Shown piece by piece: positions 32,587-34,113 of a DNA stretch of 34,113 nucleotides. This DNA comes from a virus (lineage: Duplodnaviria; Heunggongvirae; Uroviricota; Caudoviricetes). The stretch spans positions 1 to 34,113 of IMG/VR virus record IMGVR_UViG_2695420576_000005; one strand, written 5' to 3'. Under the pieces are notes generated by a model that had not been told where the DNA came from, did not search any database, and saw nothing but the letters and a program-made list of their open reading frames with translations. Every line of letters starts with the position of its first letter. Within the stretch, counting starts at the first letter, position 1. The translations under genes were made by a program, and so were the position numbers.

Positions 32587-34113
32587 TCAAAAATAAATCT
32601 CACCATCAACCATATATTTAAGAGTACTTATCGCCTGCTGGGCGGATATTACTTTCATTAAAGGATAGTGTTTAAAAACAATGCCATTCATAAAATAGAT
32701 ATCACAGGTTTTATTATCTGTATTAATTATAATTTTTTCGAATATTTTATAGGCAAGTGTACGACATAGCTCTCGCCCATTTTTACTGGTTAAATCAATA
32801 GCATGAAAATCACCAAGTGAACTCACCCCTTTACTCTTCAAAGTTTTTAATGATACCGAAGCCCTTCGTAATTCCTTATCTAATAGTCTTATTTTCTCTG
32901 CTATAGCGGTAACTTCAGGCGCGACAGACAATGCAACGATTAAATTATTAATTTTCATCTGAAGCTCAATAATTTTTAACTCTAAAGTTTCATTAGCATC
33001 TTTCTTGTTTTCAACTGGTTGAATTTTGCTACAATTAAAAAGCAATTCATTAATGATATTATAATCAACCAAATCTCTTTTTATTGATGGTCTGTCACAT
33101 CGATGTAATCTTCTCATCGGACAAACATAATAGCCATGCAAACTTCCAGATACCGCATGAACAATCATGGTATTACCACAAGCCTCACACTTCATAACTG
33201 TTCGAAGTAGATTTATTAGCATAGGATTCTTGCTACTATTGCTAATACCAAAAGGTGCCAACCGAATTTCCTGTACAGCGTAAAACAAATCATCTGATAT
33301 GACTCTGGGATAATAGCCAGCGATTTCACTTATCCCTTTCCCTCTTGCACGATATGAAGGTACGCATATACCTATCAGAGCTTTATTCGCTAATAATTTT
33401 TCAATTACAGAAGGTCCCCATGCACTTTCTTTTCCTGAGAAATTCTTTACAGCATGATCATTTAAATACTTGGCTATTGCATTCAATGAGCGCCTTTCCA
33501 TCCTGAGTTTAAAAATTAGCTCAATAGTTTTCACCCTGTCGGGGTCTGGAACAAAAGCCGTTCTTTTGTCATCCAATGAGAGCCATCTCGGACAAGAAGC
33601 CGTCATAATCGTGCCTGACTCCAGTGCATCCTGCCGTTTTTTCTTCCATGATAATTTAACCCGACTTGACTTTATCTCGCTTTCTTCATTTGCCCTTTGT
33701 GCTATAAGTATGGCTTTTATTAATGAATATGGCTCATTCAATGAGTCAATATTATAGACTGTATTATCGCAAAGAGTTATAACATCAATACCGTGATTCA
33801 AAATCAATTTCAGACGCTCAATCGCTTCACCGACTTTTTCTCTTGAAAGTCTGTCCAGACTTTCAACTAACAATGTAGTCCCTGGCAATATATAACCATG
33901 TTCTATAGCATCTAAAAATTCCGAAAAAGCTCCTGATTGTGCATGCTTTCCATTGAATGCGCTTAACCCCAAATCTTCATACGTTACGGTATCAAGGTAA
34001 TAATCACTATTTACCTTTAGCCATTCAGTAATAAGCCTTCTCTGGCGGTTTAATGAATCACCAGACATCTGACCTGGTGATGAAAATCGCATATATGCTA
34101 TGGCTTTTTTCAT
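32587..34113 (-). CDS. ybcK: large serine recombinase (resolvase/invertase N-terminal catalytic domain, recombinase domain, zinc ribbon), YbcK-like
   Basis: 508-aa ORF whose ATG is the last three bases of the window. N-terminus MKKAIAYMRFSSPGQMSGDSLNRQRR is a serine-recombinase catalytic motif; Cys cluster CEACGNTM...CPMRRLHRC. Matches DLP12 YbcK by recall. Confidence 0.85.
   Translation of the reverse strand: MKKAIAYMRFSSPGQMSGDSLNRQRRLITEWLKVNSDYYLDTVTYEDLGLSAFNGKHAQSGAFSEFLDAIEHGYILPGTTLLVESLDRLSREKVGEAIERLKLILNHGIDVITLCDNTVYNIDSLNEPYSLIKAILIAQRANEESEIKSSRVKLSWKKKRQDALESGTIMTASCPRWLSLDDKRTAFVPDPDRVKTIELIFKLRMERRSLNAIAKYLNDHAVKNFSGKESAWGPSVIEKLLANKALIGICVPSYRARGKGISEIAGYYPRVISDDLFYAVQEIRLAPFGISNSSKNPMLINLLRTVMKCEACGNTMIVHAVSGSLHGYYVCPMRRLHRCDRPSIKRDLVDYNIINELLFNCSKIQPVENKKDANETLELKIIELQMKINNLIVALSVAPEVTAIAEKIRLLDKELRRASVSLKTLKSKGVSSLGDFHAIDLTSKNGRELCRTLAYKIFEKIIINTDNKTCDIYFMNGIVFKHYPLMKVISAQQAISTLKYMVDGEIYF

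Overview
The window is about 33 kb of the late-gene half of an integrated lambdoid prophage (lambda/DLP12-like mosaic), encoded almost entirely on the minus strand, abutting a 5'-partial sitD-like Mn/Fe ABC permease gene at the left edge. Reading from high to low coordinates (the phage transcription direction): a YbcK-like large serine recombinase, a plus-strand alpha/beta-hydrolase cargo gene, a nin-region block (ylcH, ninB/ybcN, ninE, ybcO, rusA, ylcG), antiterminator Q, a convergent plus-strand porin gene, a phage-21-type lysis cassette (pinholin S, SAR endolysin R, Rz/Rz1), plus-strand bor, an intact lambda-type cos site, then the lambda head and tail genes Nu1-A-W-B-C(Nu3)-D-E-FI-FII-Z-U-V-G/T-H-M-L-K-I-J, followed by lom, stf, two further tail-fibre-region genes and a small membrane protein. 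The most notable signal is that the three large tail genes G, H and J are each broken by frameshifts or an in-frame stop while every head and packaging gene reads full length. The porin gene is also disrupted by a 38-bp imperfect tandem insertion, the esterase cargo gene has a damaged start region, and Rz lacks its expected ATG. I did not find a clear novel multi-gene system such as a defence operon; the candidates worth follow-up are the tail-defective state, the non-canonical tail-fibre module and the cargo locus beside the recombinase. All homology calls are from recall of lambda, DLP12 and phage 21 proteins, with no database search run. Several indels sit in homopolymer runs, so sequencing or assembly error is a live alternative to real pseudogenisation.
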